Shown here: positions 1 through 10,882 of the stretch, one piece after another | How positions within the stretch are numbered: position 1 is the stretch's first letter | Layout of the letters: each line of letters opens with the position of its first letter | Assembly (NCBI GenBank): GCA_038235345.1 | Contig: JBBSUB010000001.1 | Location: 1-57,289 of the forward strand | Reading direction: 5' to 3' | Source of the DNA: Chitinophagales bacterium | GTDB lineage: Bacteria > Bacteroidota > Bacteroidia > Chitinophagales > Chitinophagaceae | DNA: 57,289 bases | Program-made: the position numbers and the translations under genes | Notes under the pieces: generated by a model | The model's database searches: none | The model's input: only the letters and a program-made list of their open reading frames with translations | Told to the model about the DNA's origin: nothing

Positions 1-34
1 CATGTGACAAATTAAAACAATAAAAAATAGACAC

Positions 35-706
35 ATGAAATTTGGTGTAGTAGTTTTCCCTGGTTCAAATTGTGATAGGGATATGATTCATGCATTGCGA
101 AATGAAATGAATCAGGAAGTGATTTCTTTGTGGCATAAAGATAAAGATTTGTCTATGTTCACGAAAGAGGATTGTATCGTACTTCCCGGCGGATTCAGTT
201 ACGGAGATTATTTGCGTTGTGGTGCTATTGCCCGTTTTAGTCCAATGATGCAAAGTGTCATTGATTTTGCAAACGAAGGAGGAAGGGTTTTAGGCGTCTG
301 CAATGGTTTTCAGATCCTTTGTGAGAGTGGACTTTTACCAGGAGTATTACTTCAAAATGCAAATACAAAATTTATTTGTAAAAATGTATTCATAACAGGC
401 GAAGAAAATAACGACCACCAGGTGCATCAAATTCCAATAGCTCATGGGGAAGGAAGATATTATATAGGAGAAGAAGGTCTCGAAGAACTTGAAAAAAATA
501 ATCAAATTATTTATCGCTATTGCAATGAAGATGGAAATGTACATGATGACCATGCTCCAAATGGCTCTCTGAACGGGATAGCCGGAATCTGTAATAAAGA
601 AAGGAATATATTTGGAATGATGCCTCATCCTGAAAGAGCCAGTTCTTACCATCTTGGAAATATAGCCGGAAGGAAAATTTTTGATGAGTTACTGAATGTA
701 AATTGA
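35..706 (+). CDS. purQ: Phosphoribosylformylglycinamidine synthase glutaminase subunit PurQ
   Basis: N-terminal [20 protein letters not shown], catalytic GVCNGFQ and MMPHPER motifs. Confidence 0.97.
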   Translation: MKFGVVVFPGSNCDRDMIHALRNEMNQEVISLWHKDKDLSMFTKEDCIVLPGGFSYGDYLRCGAIARFSPMMQSVIDFANEGGRVLGVCNGFQILCESGLLPGVLLQNANTKFICKNVFITGEENNDHQVHQIPIAHGEGRYYIGEEGLEELEKNNQIIYRYCNEDGNVHDDHAPNGSLNGIAGICNKERNIFGMMPHPERASSYHLGNIAGRKIFDELLNVN

Positions 707-803
707 ACACATCCTTTTCATTCTTACACTAATGTAATGACGGTTATAAAAGCTTTATAGAAATCAATTTCAATAAGTTTTCCGGCATTTAGAAATCATT
801 CGC

Positions 804-2318
804 ATGCATTCCGAAACGACCGTGCCCGATAATAATATGCGCCGGGGGTGGATCCTCGCAGCGCTTATGTTTACTATGATGCTGGCAGCCATGGATGCAA
901 CGATTGTATCCACGGCTATCCCCCAGATTGTTGGTGATCTAGGCGGTTTTTCTTTATTCAGTTGGGTATTTTCAATTTATTTACTCATTCAAACCATTAC
1001 AATCCCTGTTTACGGTAAACTGGCGGATATTTATGGCCGGAAACCAATTCTGATTACCGGTACAATCATCTTTTTAATTGGATCCGCAAGTTGTGCCGCA
1101 GCCTGGAATATGCATTCGCTTATTTTTTTCAGAGGCTTGCAAGCATTAGGCGCAGGAGGTATTATGGCCACTGTAAACACCCTTGCTGGTGATATCTATT
1201 CTATAAAAGAGCGTGCAAAAATTCAGGGATGGCTTTCCAGTGTTTGGGGAATGGCCGCTATTCTTGGTCCTTCATTAGGTGGAGCTTTTGCGGAGTATGC
1301 TTCCTGGAGATGGATTTTTTTGATAAATCTTCCAATTGGTGCTGTTTCAATTGCGTTGATCGTTATTTTCTTACATGAAAAAAAGCCCCATATCCGCCAT
1401 AAAATAGATTTCAAAGGTGCAGCGCTTATGTTGATCTCCGGCACAGTTATCATGTTTGGATTGCTGCAAGGCGGTCAATCATGGCCATGGCTTTCCTGGA
1501 ATACATTGTTTATTATTCTCCTTGCTATCATCATGATTATATTAACGATCAGGACGGAGAAAAAATCTCCTGAACCAATTATGCCTGGTTGGGTTTGGAA
1601 AAACAGGGTGCTCCTGGGATCAAACCTGGCTATGGTCGGCATGGGTATCGTCATGATGGGAACCAATATGTTTCTTCCTGTTTTTGCTCAATCGGTTACA
1701 GGATTGGGAGCCATTGCCGCTGGGTTTGTTTTAGCCAGCATGAGTCTTACCTGGCCTCTCTCTTCATCCTTATCCGGAAGACTTTATCTTCGTATCGGAT
1801 TTAGAAACACCGCCCTGTTTGGTATCTCAATCGCTATAATCGCTATTGCTTCATTTTTATTTCTTCCGTTTCCGGGCCCTGTATGGATATTGGTTTCTTT
1901 GCAAATGCTCTTAGGTGCCGGGTTTGGATTAATGTCCACGCCTGTTTTAGTGGGTGTGCAATCTATTGTTCCATGGAACAAGCGCGGAGTTGTCACCGGT
2001 GCGAATATGTTTTCAAGATATTTAGGCCAAAGCATTGGGGCCGCAATATTTGCAACTGTTTTTAATACTGCACTAACGACAAAATTATCCGAAGCTCCAT
2101 CCTCCCTTCAGGGAAAACTTCCCGGCGTAAATAAAGTGATCGAAACACTTCAGTCTCATGAAGCATCCGGAGCTGTCCAATTGTATTTACGCGAATCTTT
2201 TTTTTATGCAACAAAGTCTGTTTATTTCGGGATGACAATTGTTGCTTTCCTGACACTTGCTTTTTTGTTATTGACGCCTGCGCGTTTTCCTGTGGTGGAT
2301 GAAGGGGACAAACAATAA
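804..2318 (+). CDS. MFS drug:H+ antiporter (DHA2, EmrB/QacA-like, ~14 TM)
   Basis: LAAMDATIVSTAIP, GKLADIYGRK (MFS motif A), WRWIFLINLPIG. Confidence 0.92.
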   Translation: MHSETTVPDNNMRRGWILAALMFTMMLAAMDATIVSTAIPQIVGDLGGFSLFSWVFSIYLLIQTITIPVYGKLADIYGRKPILITGTIIFLIGSASCAAAWNMHSLIFFRGLQALGAGGIMATVNTLAGDIYSIKERAKIQGWLSSVWGMAAILGPSLGGAFAEYASWRWIFLINLPIGAVSIALIVIFLHEKKPHIRHKIDFKGAALMLISGTVIMFGLLQGGQSWPWLSWNTLFIILLAIIMIILTIRTEKKSPEPIMPGWVWKNRVLLGSNLAMVGMGIVMMGTNMFLPVFAQSVTGLGAIAAGFVLASMSLTWPLSSSLSGRLYLRIGFRNTALFGISIAIIAIASFLFLPFPGPVWILVSLQMLLGAGFGLMSTPVLVGVQSIVPWNKRGVVTGANMFSRYLGQSIGAAIFATVFNTALTTKLSEAPSSLQGKLPGVNKVIETLQSHEASGAVQLYLRESFFYATKSVYFGMTIVAFLTLAFLLLTPARFPVVDEGDKQ

Positions 2319-2444
2319 TTGGAAAAGGCTTCAAAAAGTTTAATGATTTTTTGTTGAGATGGTTATTGTTGATTTCGGTCCTGAGCCATATAGATACGTA
2401 ACAATTTAACCATCCGGACTTCCCGGGCATCCCGATAGCAAATA

Positions 2445-2478
2445 AAAAAACCCTTTCAATGATTCCATTAAAAGGGTT
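2445..2478. terminator. Hairpin between convergent genes, probable intrinsic terminator
   Basis: aaaaaaCCCTTT...AAAGGGtt inverted repeat with an A-run on the left (U-tail on the minus strand). Confidence 0.55.
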
Positions 2479-2506
2479 AGTATATAGTTCAAAAAATAAG
2501 TCTTTT

Positions 2507-3088
2507 TTAAAGTGCGATCTGCTTTTCGATCATCATCTTTCTTAAATTGATCAGGCCGTAACGCATCCGTCCAAGAGCTGTGTTGATGCTGCAATCTGTC
2601 AATTTAGCAATCTCTTTAAAGCTCAGTTCTGCATAATGCCTCATCACAATGACTTCTTTCTGATCTTCAGGAAGCATGTCGAGCATTTTACTAACTCTTT
2701 GGTGGCTTTGCCCCTGCATCAATTTTTCATCTACACCTGGTTCAGAAAAATTAAGCACTTCAAAAATGTCATGATCGTCACTGGTTTTAATTGCCGGTGT
2801 ACGCTTAACCTTGCGGAAATGATCTACGCATAAGTTATGGCCAATGCGCATTACCCAGGGTAAGAATTTTCCTTCGTCTGTATAGCGTCCGCTGTTTAAG
2901 GTGTCAATTACCTTAATAAAAGTGTCCTGGAAAATATCTTCAGCAAGATATTTGTCTTTAACTAATAAGAAAATGGATGTGAAAATTTTGTCTTTGTAAC
3001 GGTCAATAAGGCTGGATAAAGCTTCAGAATTGCCGTCGATAAACATTTGGATCAATTGATGATCCTGCAAAGGGTTCATGGTTTTCAT
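2507..3088 (-). CDS. ECF-type sigma-70 factor
   Basis: Region 2 AEDIFQDTFIK...FLPWVMRIGHNLCVDHFRK; region 4 LSFKEIAKLTDCSINTALGRMRY. Confidence 0.93.
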   Translation of the reverse strand: MKTMNPLQDHQLIQMFIDGNSEALSSLIDRYKDKIFTSIFLLVKDKYLAEDIFQDTFIKVIDTLNSGRYTDEGKFLPWVMRIGHNLCVDHFRKVKRTPAIKTSDDHDIFEVLNFSEPGVDEKLMQGQSHQRVSKMLDMLPEDQKEVIVMRHYAELSFKEIAKLTDCSINTALGRMRYGLINLRKMMIEKQIAL

Positions 3089-3335
3089 AAACGTTACTGT
3101 TTTTGATTTAGGATATTGTGTAAGTCCAATTAAATAGAAAGTAGCAGTTTAAAATTTTGGCCCGGTTTTGGTTATTATGTTCTCCACTCTTTCAGAAAAA
3201 TTAGAATGCTAAGATGGTCAATGTTTTTAATGTAGCAAAGAGATTTGCTAATTATTTTGTAAAACATTAGAAAATAGGGCAATACCACGTTCTTAATGTT
3301 TCCGTAAATTTACTATTTGTTATTTTTGCTTCTTC

Positions 3336-6203
3336 ATGACCAATAGCACTACAACCACCAAAAAAAAATCCGCCTCCAAGAAAGAAGTTTCAAATAATAT
3401 CTTCATCAAAGGTGCGCGTGTACACAATCTTAAGAATATTGACGTTGAAATTCCCCGCAATAAATTTATTGTGGTTACAGGCGTTTCAGGCTCAGGAAAA
3501 TCATCGCTAACAATAGATACCTTATTTGCCGAAGGCCAAAGAAGATATGCTGAAAGTATGAGTGCATATGCCCGACAATTTATGGCACGTATGAATAAAC
3601 CTGATGTAGATTATATCAAAGGTCTTTGTCCGGCTATAGCCATCGAACAAAAAGTAACCACAAAAACTCCCCGTTCTACTGTAGGTAGTATGACGGAGAT
3701 CTATGATTATTTAAGATTGCTCTTTGCCAGGATCGGTAAAACGATTTCACCTGTATCCGGAAGAGAGGTAAAAAAAGATGACGTAGAAGATGTTGTGAAA
3801 GCCATTAATCAGTTAGAGAAGGGAGATAAAGTGTTGATGCTGGTAGATTTTAAAAAATCAGCAAACCGTGATGTAAAAGAGGAATTAAATATTCTGATGC
3901 AAAAAGGGTTCTCCCGGTTAGCGGCAACGTCCGGGTCCGTTAAAGGCGTGGAAATAGAGGTTCTCCGTATTGAAGATTTGCAGGAGATGGAAAATCTGGA
4001 TTCCTACCTGGAACATCGCACATCCTATGTGCTTGTGGACAGGCTTGTGGTTAAAGATTTTGATGAAGATGATATTCATCGGATATCCGACTCCGTTAGT
4101 ACTTCTTTTTACGAAGGCGAAGGAGAATTACTACTGGTCATTAACGATAGCAAAAAACTTCATTTTTCAAATAAATTTGAACTGGATGGACTGCGGTTTG
4201 AAGAACCGGTTCCCAATTTATTTTCATTTAATAATCCTTATGGCGCATGCCCGGTTTGCGGTGGCTTTTCACTGGTATTAGGAATAGATGCGGATCTTGT
4301 TATCCCGGATAAATCACTGAGTGTTTATGAAAACGCCATTGCTCCCTGGCGGGGAGAAAAACTGGGCCAATGGAAAGAAAGACTTATTAAAGCGGCCGGC
4401 CGTTTCGATTTTCCTATTCATAAACCAATTATTGATCTTACATCAGCTCAATATAATTTACTATGGACCGGGAATGAATATTTTGGCGGTTTAGATGAGT
4501 TTTTTAAAGAGGTGGAACAGAATCTGTACAAAATCCAATACCGCGTTTTACTTAGCCGTTTCCGTGGAAGAACTACATGCCCGGAATGCCATGGATCCAG
4601 GCTTAGAAAGGAGGCATTGTATGTAAAAGTGGCCGGTCACAATATTGGTCAGTTGGGAGATTTGCCGGTGAAAGATCTTCAAAAATGGTTTAAAGAAATA
4701 GAACTATCAGAATTTGATCAGGAGGTTGCTAAAAGAATTCTCATAGAAATACATACAAGACTGGCTGTGCTCGTGGAGGTAGGGTTGGGGTATCTGACTT
4801 TAAACAGGTTGGCAAACAGTCTTAGTGGAGGGGAAAGCCAAAGAATTCAGTTAACGCGCAGCCTGGGTAGTAACCTGACGGATTCTCTTTATATCCTGGA
4901 TGAGCCTTCTATTGGTTTACACTCCAGGGATACAGAAAACCTGATCGGAGTTTTAAGAAATCTTCAATCTCTGGGCAATACAGTTATAGTAGTGGAACAT
5001 GATGAAATGATGATGCGTAAAGCAGATCATATTATTGATATGGGACCTTTAGCCAGTCATCTCGGCGGAGAAGTGATTGCTGAAGGCGATTATGATTCCA
5101 TTATCAAAAACCCGGACAGTCTTACAGGGAAATACCTGAAAGGGGAGTTTAAAATTGAACCGCCTAAACATATACGTAAATGGAACCGATCCATAAAAGT
5201 GGAAGGAGCGAGGCAGAATAATTTAAAGAATATTGATGTCGTTTTTCCCCTGAATGTTTTGTGTGTTGTTTCCGGTGTGAGCGGAAGTGGAAAAACGACC
5301 CTTGTGAAACAAATTCTTTCTCCTGCATTAAAAAAGATGAAGGGTGAGGTGGCAGAAAAAATCGGTCTTCATAAAAGTATATCAGGCGATACGGATGTAA
5401 TCTCCCAAATTGAAATGGTGGACCAGAATCCCATTGGAAAATCTTCGAGAAGTAACCCGGTAACCTATATAAAAGCCTATGATGAGATCAGGGATTTCTA
5501 TAGTAAACAACCTCTCAGCAAAATTCGTGGATACCAACCAAAACATTTCTCCTTTAACGTGGATGGTGGTCGTTGTGATGCATGTAAAGGAGAAGGGGAG
5601 CAGGTAGTGGAAATGCAGTTTCTGGCAGATGTACACCTGCTGTGTGATGTATGCGGAGGGAAGCGGTTTAAGGATGAAGTCCTTGAGGTTAAATTTAATG
5701 GGAAAAGTATTTATGATGTGTTGGAAATGAGTGTGGATGAAGCAATTGTTTTCTTTGAAAACGGGCAATCTGCCGGAAAAAAGAAAGATGATTCAGGAGA
5801 GGTGATTGCAAAGAAATTGCAACCTCTGAGTGATGTGGGTTTAGGCTATATCAAACTTGGACAATCGTCCGGTACATTATCCGGCGGTGAAGCGCAAAGG
5901 GTAAAACTAGCATCATTTCTTGGCAAAGGAAAAGGGCAGGGGAACCTATTGTTTATTTTTGATGAACCAACCACCGGTCTTCACTTCCATGATATAAAAA
6001 AATTATTGACCTCTTTTAATGCGCTTATCGAACAAGGGCATTCCATTATCGTGATAGAGCACAATACCGATGTAATTAAATCTGCTGACTGGGTCATTGA
6101 TCTTGGTCCTGAAGCAGGGGATTTAGGAGGGAATCTTGTTTATGCAGGCGTGCCTGAAGGATTGAAAAAAGTAAAGGAAAGTTATACAGGGAAGTATTTA
6201 TAA
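3336..6203 (+). CDS. uvrA: Excinuclease ABC subunit A
   Basis: [12 protein letters not shown], two Walker A motifs ([16 protein letters not shown]), LSGGESQR and LSGGEAQR signatures, CxxC zinc sites. Confidence 0.97.
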   Translation: MTNSTTTTKKKSASKKEVSNNIFIKGARVHNLKNIDVEIPRNKFIVVTGVSGSGKSSLTIDTLFAEGQRRYAESMSAYARQFMARMNKPDVDYIKGLCPAIAIEQKVTTKTPRSTVGSMTEIYDYLRLLFARIGKTISPVSGREVKKDDVEDVVKAINQLEKGDKVLMLVDFKKSANRDVKEELNILMQKGFSRLAATSGSVKGVEIEVLRIEDLQEMENLDSYLEHRTSYVLVDRLVVKDFDEDDIHRISDSVSTSFYEGEGELLLVINDSKKLHFSNKFELDGLRFEEPVPNLFSFNNPYGACPVCGGFSLVLGIDADLVIPDKSLSVYENAIAPWRGEKLGQWKERLIKAAGRFDFPIHKPIIDLTSAQYNLLWTGNEYFGGLDEFFKEVEQNLYKIQYRVLLSRFRGRTTCPECHGSRLRKEALYVKVAGHNIGQLGDLPVKDLQKWFKEIELSEFDQEVAKRILIEIHTRLAVLVEVGLGYLTLNRLANSLSGGESQRIQLTRSLGSNLTDSLYILDEPSIGLHSRDTENLIGVLRNLQSLGNTVIVVEHDEMMMRKADHIIDMGPLASHLGGEVIAEGDYDSIIKNPDSLTGKYLKGEFKIEPPKHIRKWNRSIKVEGARQNNLKNIDVVFPLNVLCVVSGVSGSGKTTLVKQILSPALKKMKGEVAEKIGLHKSISGDTDVISQIEMVDQNPIGKSSRSNPVTYIKAYDEIRDFYSKQPLSKIRGYQPKHFSFNVDGGRCDACKGEGEQVVEMQFLADVHLLCDVCGGKRFKDEVLEVKFNGKSIYDVLEMSVDEAIVFFENGQSAGKKKDDSGEVIAKKLQPLSDVGLGYIKLGQSSGTLSGGEAQRVKLASFLGKGKGQGNLLFIFDEPTTGLHFHDIKKLLTSFNALIEQGHSIIVIEHNTDVIKSADWVIDLGPEAGDLGGNLVYAGVPEGLKKVKESYTGKYL

Positions 6204-6206
6204 GGA

Positions 6207-6617
6207 TTATAAGTTTAAATCTTTTTGCCAATGAATCATTTTTAAATTTGGCACATCCTTAAAATGTTTATCGTTGGTGATCAAAGTAAAATTATTTTCT
6301 AATGCAATCGATGCAATCCAAACGTCATTAGTAGGAATAGACTTTCCTTTTTTATGTAAAGCAGCCATTGTATCACCATAATAATTTGCTATTGTACTAT
6401 CGATATTATCAACTGTACAAAGCTGTAAAAAATCGGTAAGTATTTTTAGGTGTTTGGTTTTATTCAGAACTCTGTTTACGCCGGTATATAATTCTCCTAA
6501 TACAATGCAGGGCATGTATAAAATTTCTTCTTTGCTAAGTTTTTCTGCAAAAAGATTATTGCCCTTAAAGATTTCGATAATAATATTGCTATCTAATAAA
6601 TATTTATGTCCAATCAT
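6207..6617 (-). CDS. vapC: VapC-type PIN-domain toxin (start taken as MIGHK at 6617)
   Basis: YLLDSNIII, VLGELYTG, IPTNDVWIASIAL, LITNDKHF: the PIN acidic tetrad pattern. Confidence 0.88.
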   Translation of the reverse strand: MIGHKYLLDSNIIIEIFKGNNLFAEKLSKEEILYMPCIVLGELYTGVNRVLNKTKHLKILTDFLQLCTVDNIDSTIANYYGDTMAALHKKGKSIPTNDVWIASIALENNFTLITNDKHFKDVPNLKMIHWQKDLNL

Positions 6618-6831
6618 TTTCATGAATAGTTTCTGCCGTTTCCTTAATTATTTTTTTTAATTGTTCAGCTTCTCCTTTTGAGATCACTCCAACAAAATCT
6701 TTGATGTTCAATTTATTATCCTTTTTCTTTTTTGTGTTAATTAGTGCATTTTCTAATGCATCTAATACGTTATCATTTTCTGCTTTTAGCACTTCTTCGA
6801 TCAGATGAATTTTTCTTTCAATTGTATGCAT
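6604..6831 (-). CDS. Putative cognate antitoxin (VapB-like)
   Basis: 75-aa ORF directly upstream of and overlapping the PIN gene by 14 nt; RBS-like GGAGG upstream. Confidence 0.7.
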   Translation of the reverse strand: MHTIERKIHLIEEVLKAENDNVLDALENALINTKKKKDNKLNIKDFVGVISKGEAEQLKKIIKETAETIHENDWT

Positions 6832-6900
6832 ATGAAACCTCCTTTTATAATCAAATTTAATCTTTTATTGGTCATTAATCAATAGTCGCTGTATAATCGA

Positions 6901-6942
6901 AAAAGGGTTGCCAACTTTATAAAGTGGACAACCCTTTTTTTT
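6901..6942. terminator. Intrinsic terminator after the DUF4293-like gene, possibly bidirectional
   Basis: aaaaGGGTTG...CAACCCtttttt inverted repeat flanked by A and T runs. Confidence 0.7.
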
Positions 6943-6958
6943 ATTATTTATGAAGTGA

Positions 6959-7369
6959 TTATCTAAGTCGATTACTTTCTTTAATTAATCTGGAATCATT
7001 ATAAACACCTTTTGCCGCGAAGATCAAAAATAGAATGATCAACAAATGCAGTGCTGCCCAAAGGTTGAAATTTCCTGCGGAAAACTTACTTATCTGCCGG
7101 AAATACAAATAAATAATCAGGCATTCCCATAAAATAGCTACCATCAGTAATCTGAATTGAATACTCCGTTGCTTAAATAAAAATATATTGATCACAATTC
7201 CGGTACCCAATGCGCTGGTTAAAATCAGCAATAAAAAATTATCGGTTGCTGTGATGGTATGATAAGTATTATCTACGGCAAGTGTGCCGCTATAAAATGA
7301 AAATTGAATGGTAAGGAAAACAGCTAAGGCTGCCAGAATCATCCAAAGTGTTTGTATGCGTTGTATCAT
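6959..7369 (-). CDS. DUF4293-like membrane protein
   Basis: MIQRIQTLW N-terminus, IFLFKQRSIQ, C-terminal D..LIKESNRLR, four hydrophobic segments. Confidence 0.85.
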   Translation of the reverse strand: MIQRIQTLWMILAALAVFLTIQFSFYSGTLAVDNTYHTITATDNFLLLILTSALGTGIVINIFLFKQRSIQFRLLMVAILWECLIIYLYFRQISKFSAGNFNLWAALHLLIILFLIFAAKGVYNDSRLIKESNRLR

Positions 7370-7444
7370 GGTGGTTATTTATCTATGAAAATAAACTTTC
7401 CTGAATTAAAATGTCGTTTTAAAAAAAATAAGATGATATGTTTC

Positions 7445-8725
7445 TTAACCAAGTTCAGGATATAAAGGATATTGTTTCATAAATTCTATAACTTCTCCTT
7501 TTACTCCCTGGATAATTTGTTTGTCATCGATATTCATCAAAATTTTATCGATGAATTCCACCACTTGCTTCATGTCATTTTCTTTTAAACCGCGCGTCGT
7601 TATTGCCGGTACACCCACACGAATTCCGGACGTTACAAACGGGCTTTTATCGTCATAAGGAACCGCGTTTTTATTCAAAGTAATGCTGGCGCTGTCCAGG
7701 GTTTCCTGTGCTTTTTTACCGGTCAGGTTTTTATTTCTAAGATCAATCAGCATCAGGTGATTGTCTGTGCCGCCGCTAATAAGATCATATCCTTTTTCTA
7801 CAAAAGATTTCGCCATTGCCTGGGCGTTAACCTGCATTTGTTTGGCATATGCGGTAAAATCATCTGTAAGAATTTCTCCGAAAGCAACTGCTTTACCGGC
7901 AATGACATGTTCTAACGGGCCGCCTTGCGTTCCGGGAAAAACGCCCATATCAATTACGTGACTCATCATACGGATTTCTCCTTTTGGAGTTTTTAAACCA
8001 AATGGATTTTCAAAATCCTTTTTCATTAAAATAATTCCTCCACGGGGGCCACGAAGTGTTTTGTGCGTAGTGGATGTTACGAAATGACAATGCTCAAAAG
8101 GGGAGTTCAATAATCCTTTCGCAATGAAACCTGCCGGATGCGCCATGTCGCAAAATACAAATGCGCCAATTTCATCGGCTACTTTTCTCACCCTTGCATA
8201 ATCCCAATCACGGCTATAAGCACTGGCACCTACAATGATCATTTTAGGTTTTACTTCCCGTGCTTTTTGTTCCAGCATTTCATAATCTACTAAACCGGTA
8301 TCTTTTTTTACAGTGTAAAAATGAGCATCATACAATTTTCCCGAAAAATTCACCGGTGAACCGTGTGTAAGATGTCCGCCCATACTTAGATCAAGACCTA
8401 ATATTTTATCACCGGTATTTAAAACTGCCAGCATGAGTGCCGCGTTTGCCTGAGCTCCGCTGTGAGGTTGTACATTCGCGTATTCGCAATTAAAAATTTC
8501 CTTTAACCTATCTATAGCTAATTGTTCCACCTGGTCTACAATTTCGCACCCACCATAATACCTTTTTCCCGGATATCCTTCTGCATATTTATTAGTCAAC
8601 ACGCTCCCCATTGCCTGCATAACTCCTGAAGAAGTAAAGTTTTCCGAAGCGATCAATTCAATTCCCTCACGCTGACGGTGTAATTCTTTATTAATAAGGT
8701 CAAAAACCAACGTATCTTTTTGCAT
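7445..8725 (-). CDS. glyA: Serine hydroxymethyltransferase (true start MQKDTL at 8725)
   Basis: [35 protein letters not shown]-lysine motif [14 protein letters not shown]; TAnnTTTG box just upstream. Confidence 0.97.
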   Translation of the reverse strand: MQKDTLVFDLINKELHRQREGIELIASENFTSSGVMQAMGSVLTNKYAEGYPGKRYYGGCEIVDQVEQLAIDRLKEIFNCEYANVQPHSGAQANAALMLAVLNTGDKILGLDLSMGGHLTHGSPVNFSGKLYDAHFYTVKKDTGLVDYEMLEQKAREVKPKMIIVGASAYSRDWDYARVRKVADEIGAFVFCDMAHPAGFIAKGLLNSPFEHCHFVTSTTHKTLRGPRGGIILMKKDFENPFGLKTPKGEIRMMSHVIDMGVFPGTQGGPLEHVIAGKAVAFGEILTDDFTAYAKQMQVNAQAMAKSFVEKGYDLISGGTDNHLMLIDLRNKNLTGKKAQETLDSASITLNKNAVPYDDKSPFVTSGIRVGVPAITTRGLKENDMKQVVEFIDKILMNIDDKQIIQGVKGEVIEFMKQYPLYPELG

Positions 8726-8742
8726 AATTTTTTGTGTTTGCG

Positions 8743-8750
8743 CAAACGTA
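8743..8750 (-). promoter_or_regulatory. Bacteroidota housekeeping -7 promoter box of glyA
   Basis: Minus strand reads TACGTTTG (TAnnTTTG), 18 nt upstream of the ATG. Confidence 0.7.
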
Positions 8751-8970
8751 CAAAAACTTAATAAGACTATAAATTCATTCTTGAATATTGGGACATTGTT
8801 CCGGGGCCGCACTTCGGAGTTTGGTGTCATTATTGTCCGACTAAAAATTAGTATAAAAATTCTTCTGAGGGATCTTTTTGAAAAAACCTGCAAGCTAAAA
8901 TGATGTTAGTAGAAATGACAGGTATTTGGCAGGGTGCTTTTTGTTGGTCAATAGCAAGTATTTTTCAGCC

Positions 8971-9442
8971 AGCTCCATAGGAGATTTATGTAAGTAGAAG
9001 TAAAATCTTATAGGAATTGCTTACAGAAAGCTCCATAAGAGCGAAATATTAAACTATTTAACCTGATTATTTAATCCAAACCGGGCTGGTATAATGCTGA
9101 TAACAAATGTTTAGTTCAAATAGATTAATATATTGCGGATCTGTAATCCGCCTTAATAATGGGCAGCAACAAATTCAATTTTATCTGGAATAGCGTATTA
9201 GCCAAATAACCAAAAATTATTGTCGCCATAATTGATTTCAAAGATTTTCAGCATTCAAGCAGTTATAATAGAGTTGTAGCGAATCTCATTTTCGATGTAA
9301 ATTTTACAATAGATGAAACTCTGGTTGGCTATCAAAGATTTGTAACGGCTCTTCATAAATATCCAATTCAATATTTCCCTATGGAGCTTGCGCCTTAGGA
9401 CTTTAATATTTGTTGCTACTAACATGGCGCTCCTACGGAGCT
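8971..9442. mobile_element. REPIN/MITE-like non-coding element with ~75-bp inverted terminal arms, each made of two GCTCC-nnn-GGAGC palindromes
   Basis: Left arm agctccataggag..atgtaagtag..agctccataagagcgaaatatt mirrors the reverse complement of the right arm agctccgtaggagcg..atgttagtag..agctccatagggaaatatt. Confidence 0.65.
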
Positions 9443-9792
9443 ATAAGTTAGAATATTATAAACCAATCCTAACCATATTTTAAATCAGATTATTTTTATT
9501 TAAAAAATATCTGGAATTAAAAAATTACAAGCTTTCTTTCATGTATATATTTTATCCGGACAATACTGGTTTCTAGCCCTCAGTTAGAAGTTTTGTAATC
9601 AGCGCTTTATTTTTAGTTCTGAGTGTGCTTTATGCGCCATTAAATCCTATTGCGATCATCCGGTAATTTATCCGTACAATTTTCCACTTATAGTTCAAAG
9701 ACCCTTTTCCACCCATACCTTTGCAAAAAAAAGAAAAACATTCACTATATTCACTTCCCTTTTTTAAAGGATTTGATATAAACAAACATTCC

Positions 9793-10785
9793 ATGAAGGC
9801 CATTATTCCTGTAGCCGGCGCCGGTACTAAATTGCGTCCACATACATACACACAACCAAAAGCGTTGATTCCTTTGGCCGGACAAACCATTTTAAGTATC
9901 AATGTAGATCAACTACACGAAGCAGGTATTAATGAATTTGTTTTTATAGTAGGATATCTTGGAGAAAAGATACAGGATTACATCAAAGCAAAATATCCAC
10001 AATTGACCTGTCACTTTATTTTTCAAAACGAACGGAAAGGAACTGCGCACGCAGTGAAACTTGCGAAAGATATTGTAGGTGATGATGAAGTTTTTATAGT
10101 ATTGGGCGATACAATCTGTGAATACAAGATTGATCAGATGCTTGCATCTGAGTATTCAATGCTTGGCGTCAAGAAAGTAGATGATCCTCGCAGTTTCGGA
10201 ATTGCAGAAATAGATACGAAAGGATTTATTACCAAAGTGGTGGAAAAGCCTTCTATTCCTAAATCAAATATGGCGCTGGTTGGTTTGTACAGAATAAAAG
10301 AAACAGCGTTACTATTTGAATGTCTTTCAAAGATTATTGATAATGATATTAAAAGTCATGATGAATATAACCTCACAGACGCCCTCGAGTGCATGATTGA
10401 GAATGGAACTATTTTCAAAGAACTGAAAGTGGAAAACTGGTTTGATTGCGGTAGGAAGAAAACTCTTTTGGAGTCAAATGCTATTTTGCTGGAAAAGTTT
10501 GGCGGAGTCATTTCCGAATCGAATAAATTTGAGAATACTATTTTTATTCCCCCCGTGAGTATTGCTGAAGGGTGTGATATTAAAAATTCAATTATCGGTC
10601 CACATGTAGCGGTAGGCGAAAATACCATCGTACATTCATCCATAATTAAGGCTTCTATTATTGGTTCATTTTCTAAATTATATGATGTAGTGCTGGATGA
10701 TTCTCTCATCGGGAACGATACTGAAATTATTGGCGAAACCCGGTCATTAAATATTGGCGACAATACAGAGATTGACCTGGGATAG
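9793..10785 (+). CDS. Sugar-phosphate nucleotidyltransferase (glucose-1-phosphate thymidylyltransferase-like, long form with C-terminal hexapeptide repeats)
   Basis: MKAIIPVAGAGTKLRPHT..PK signature, EKP motif, WFDCG, C-terminal SIIG repeats. Confidence 0.9.
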   Translation: MKAIIPVAGAGTKLRPHTYTQPKALIPLAGQTILSINVDQLHEAGINEFVFIVGYLGEKIQDYIKAKYPQLTCHFIFQNERKGTAHAVKLAKDIVGDDEVFIVLGDTICEYKIDQMLASEYSMLGVKKVDDPRSFGIAEIDTKGFITKVVEKPSIPKSNMALVGLYRIKETALLFECLSKIIDNDIKSHDEYNLTDALECMIENGTIFKELKVENWFDCGRKKTLLESNAILLEKFGGVISESNKFENTIFIPPVSIAEGCDIKNSIIGPHVAVGENTIVHSSIIKASIIGSFSKLYDVVLDDSLIGNDTEIIGETRSLNIGDNTEIDLG

Positions 10786-10882
10786 AATAAATGAATAGAA
10801 TTATTGAATTACTTGAATGCTGAGTGATTTAAGCAGGAGGTAAAATGATGAAATAGTTTAATAGTTAAACAATTTAACCCCA

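Noticed and set aside
3089-3335. Copy of the AACCGTTT-AAACGGTT palindrome or an SOS box upstream of uvrA
   Set aside because: No such palindrome visible, so uvrA cannot be assigned to the proposed regulon
8726-8893. N-terminal 55-aa extension of the glyA ORF and a possible ZTP/glycine riboswitch
   Set aside because: A TAnnTTTG promoter box lies 18 nt upstream of the ATG at 8725, leaving no room for a leader; no riboswitch consensus seen
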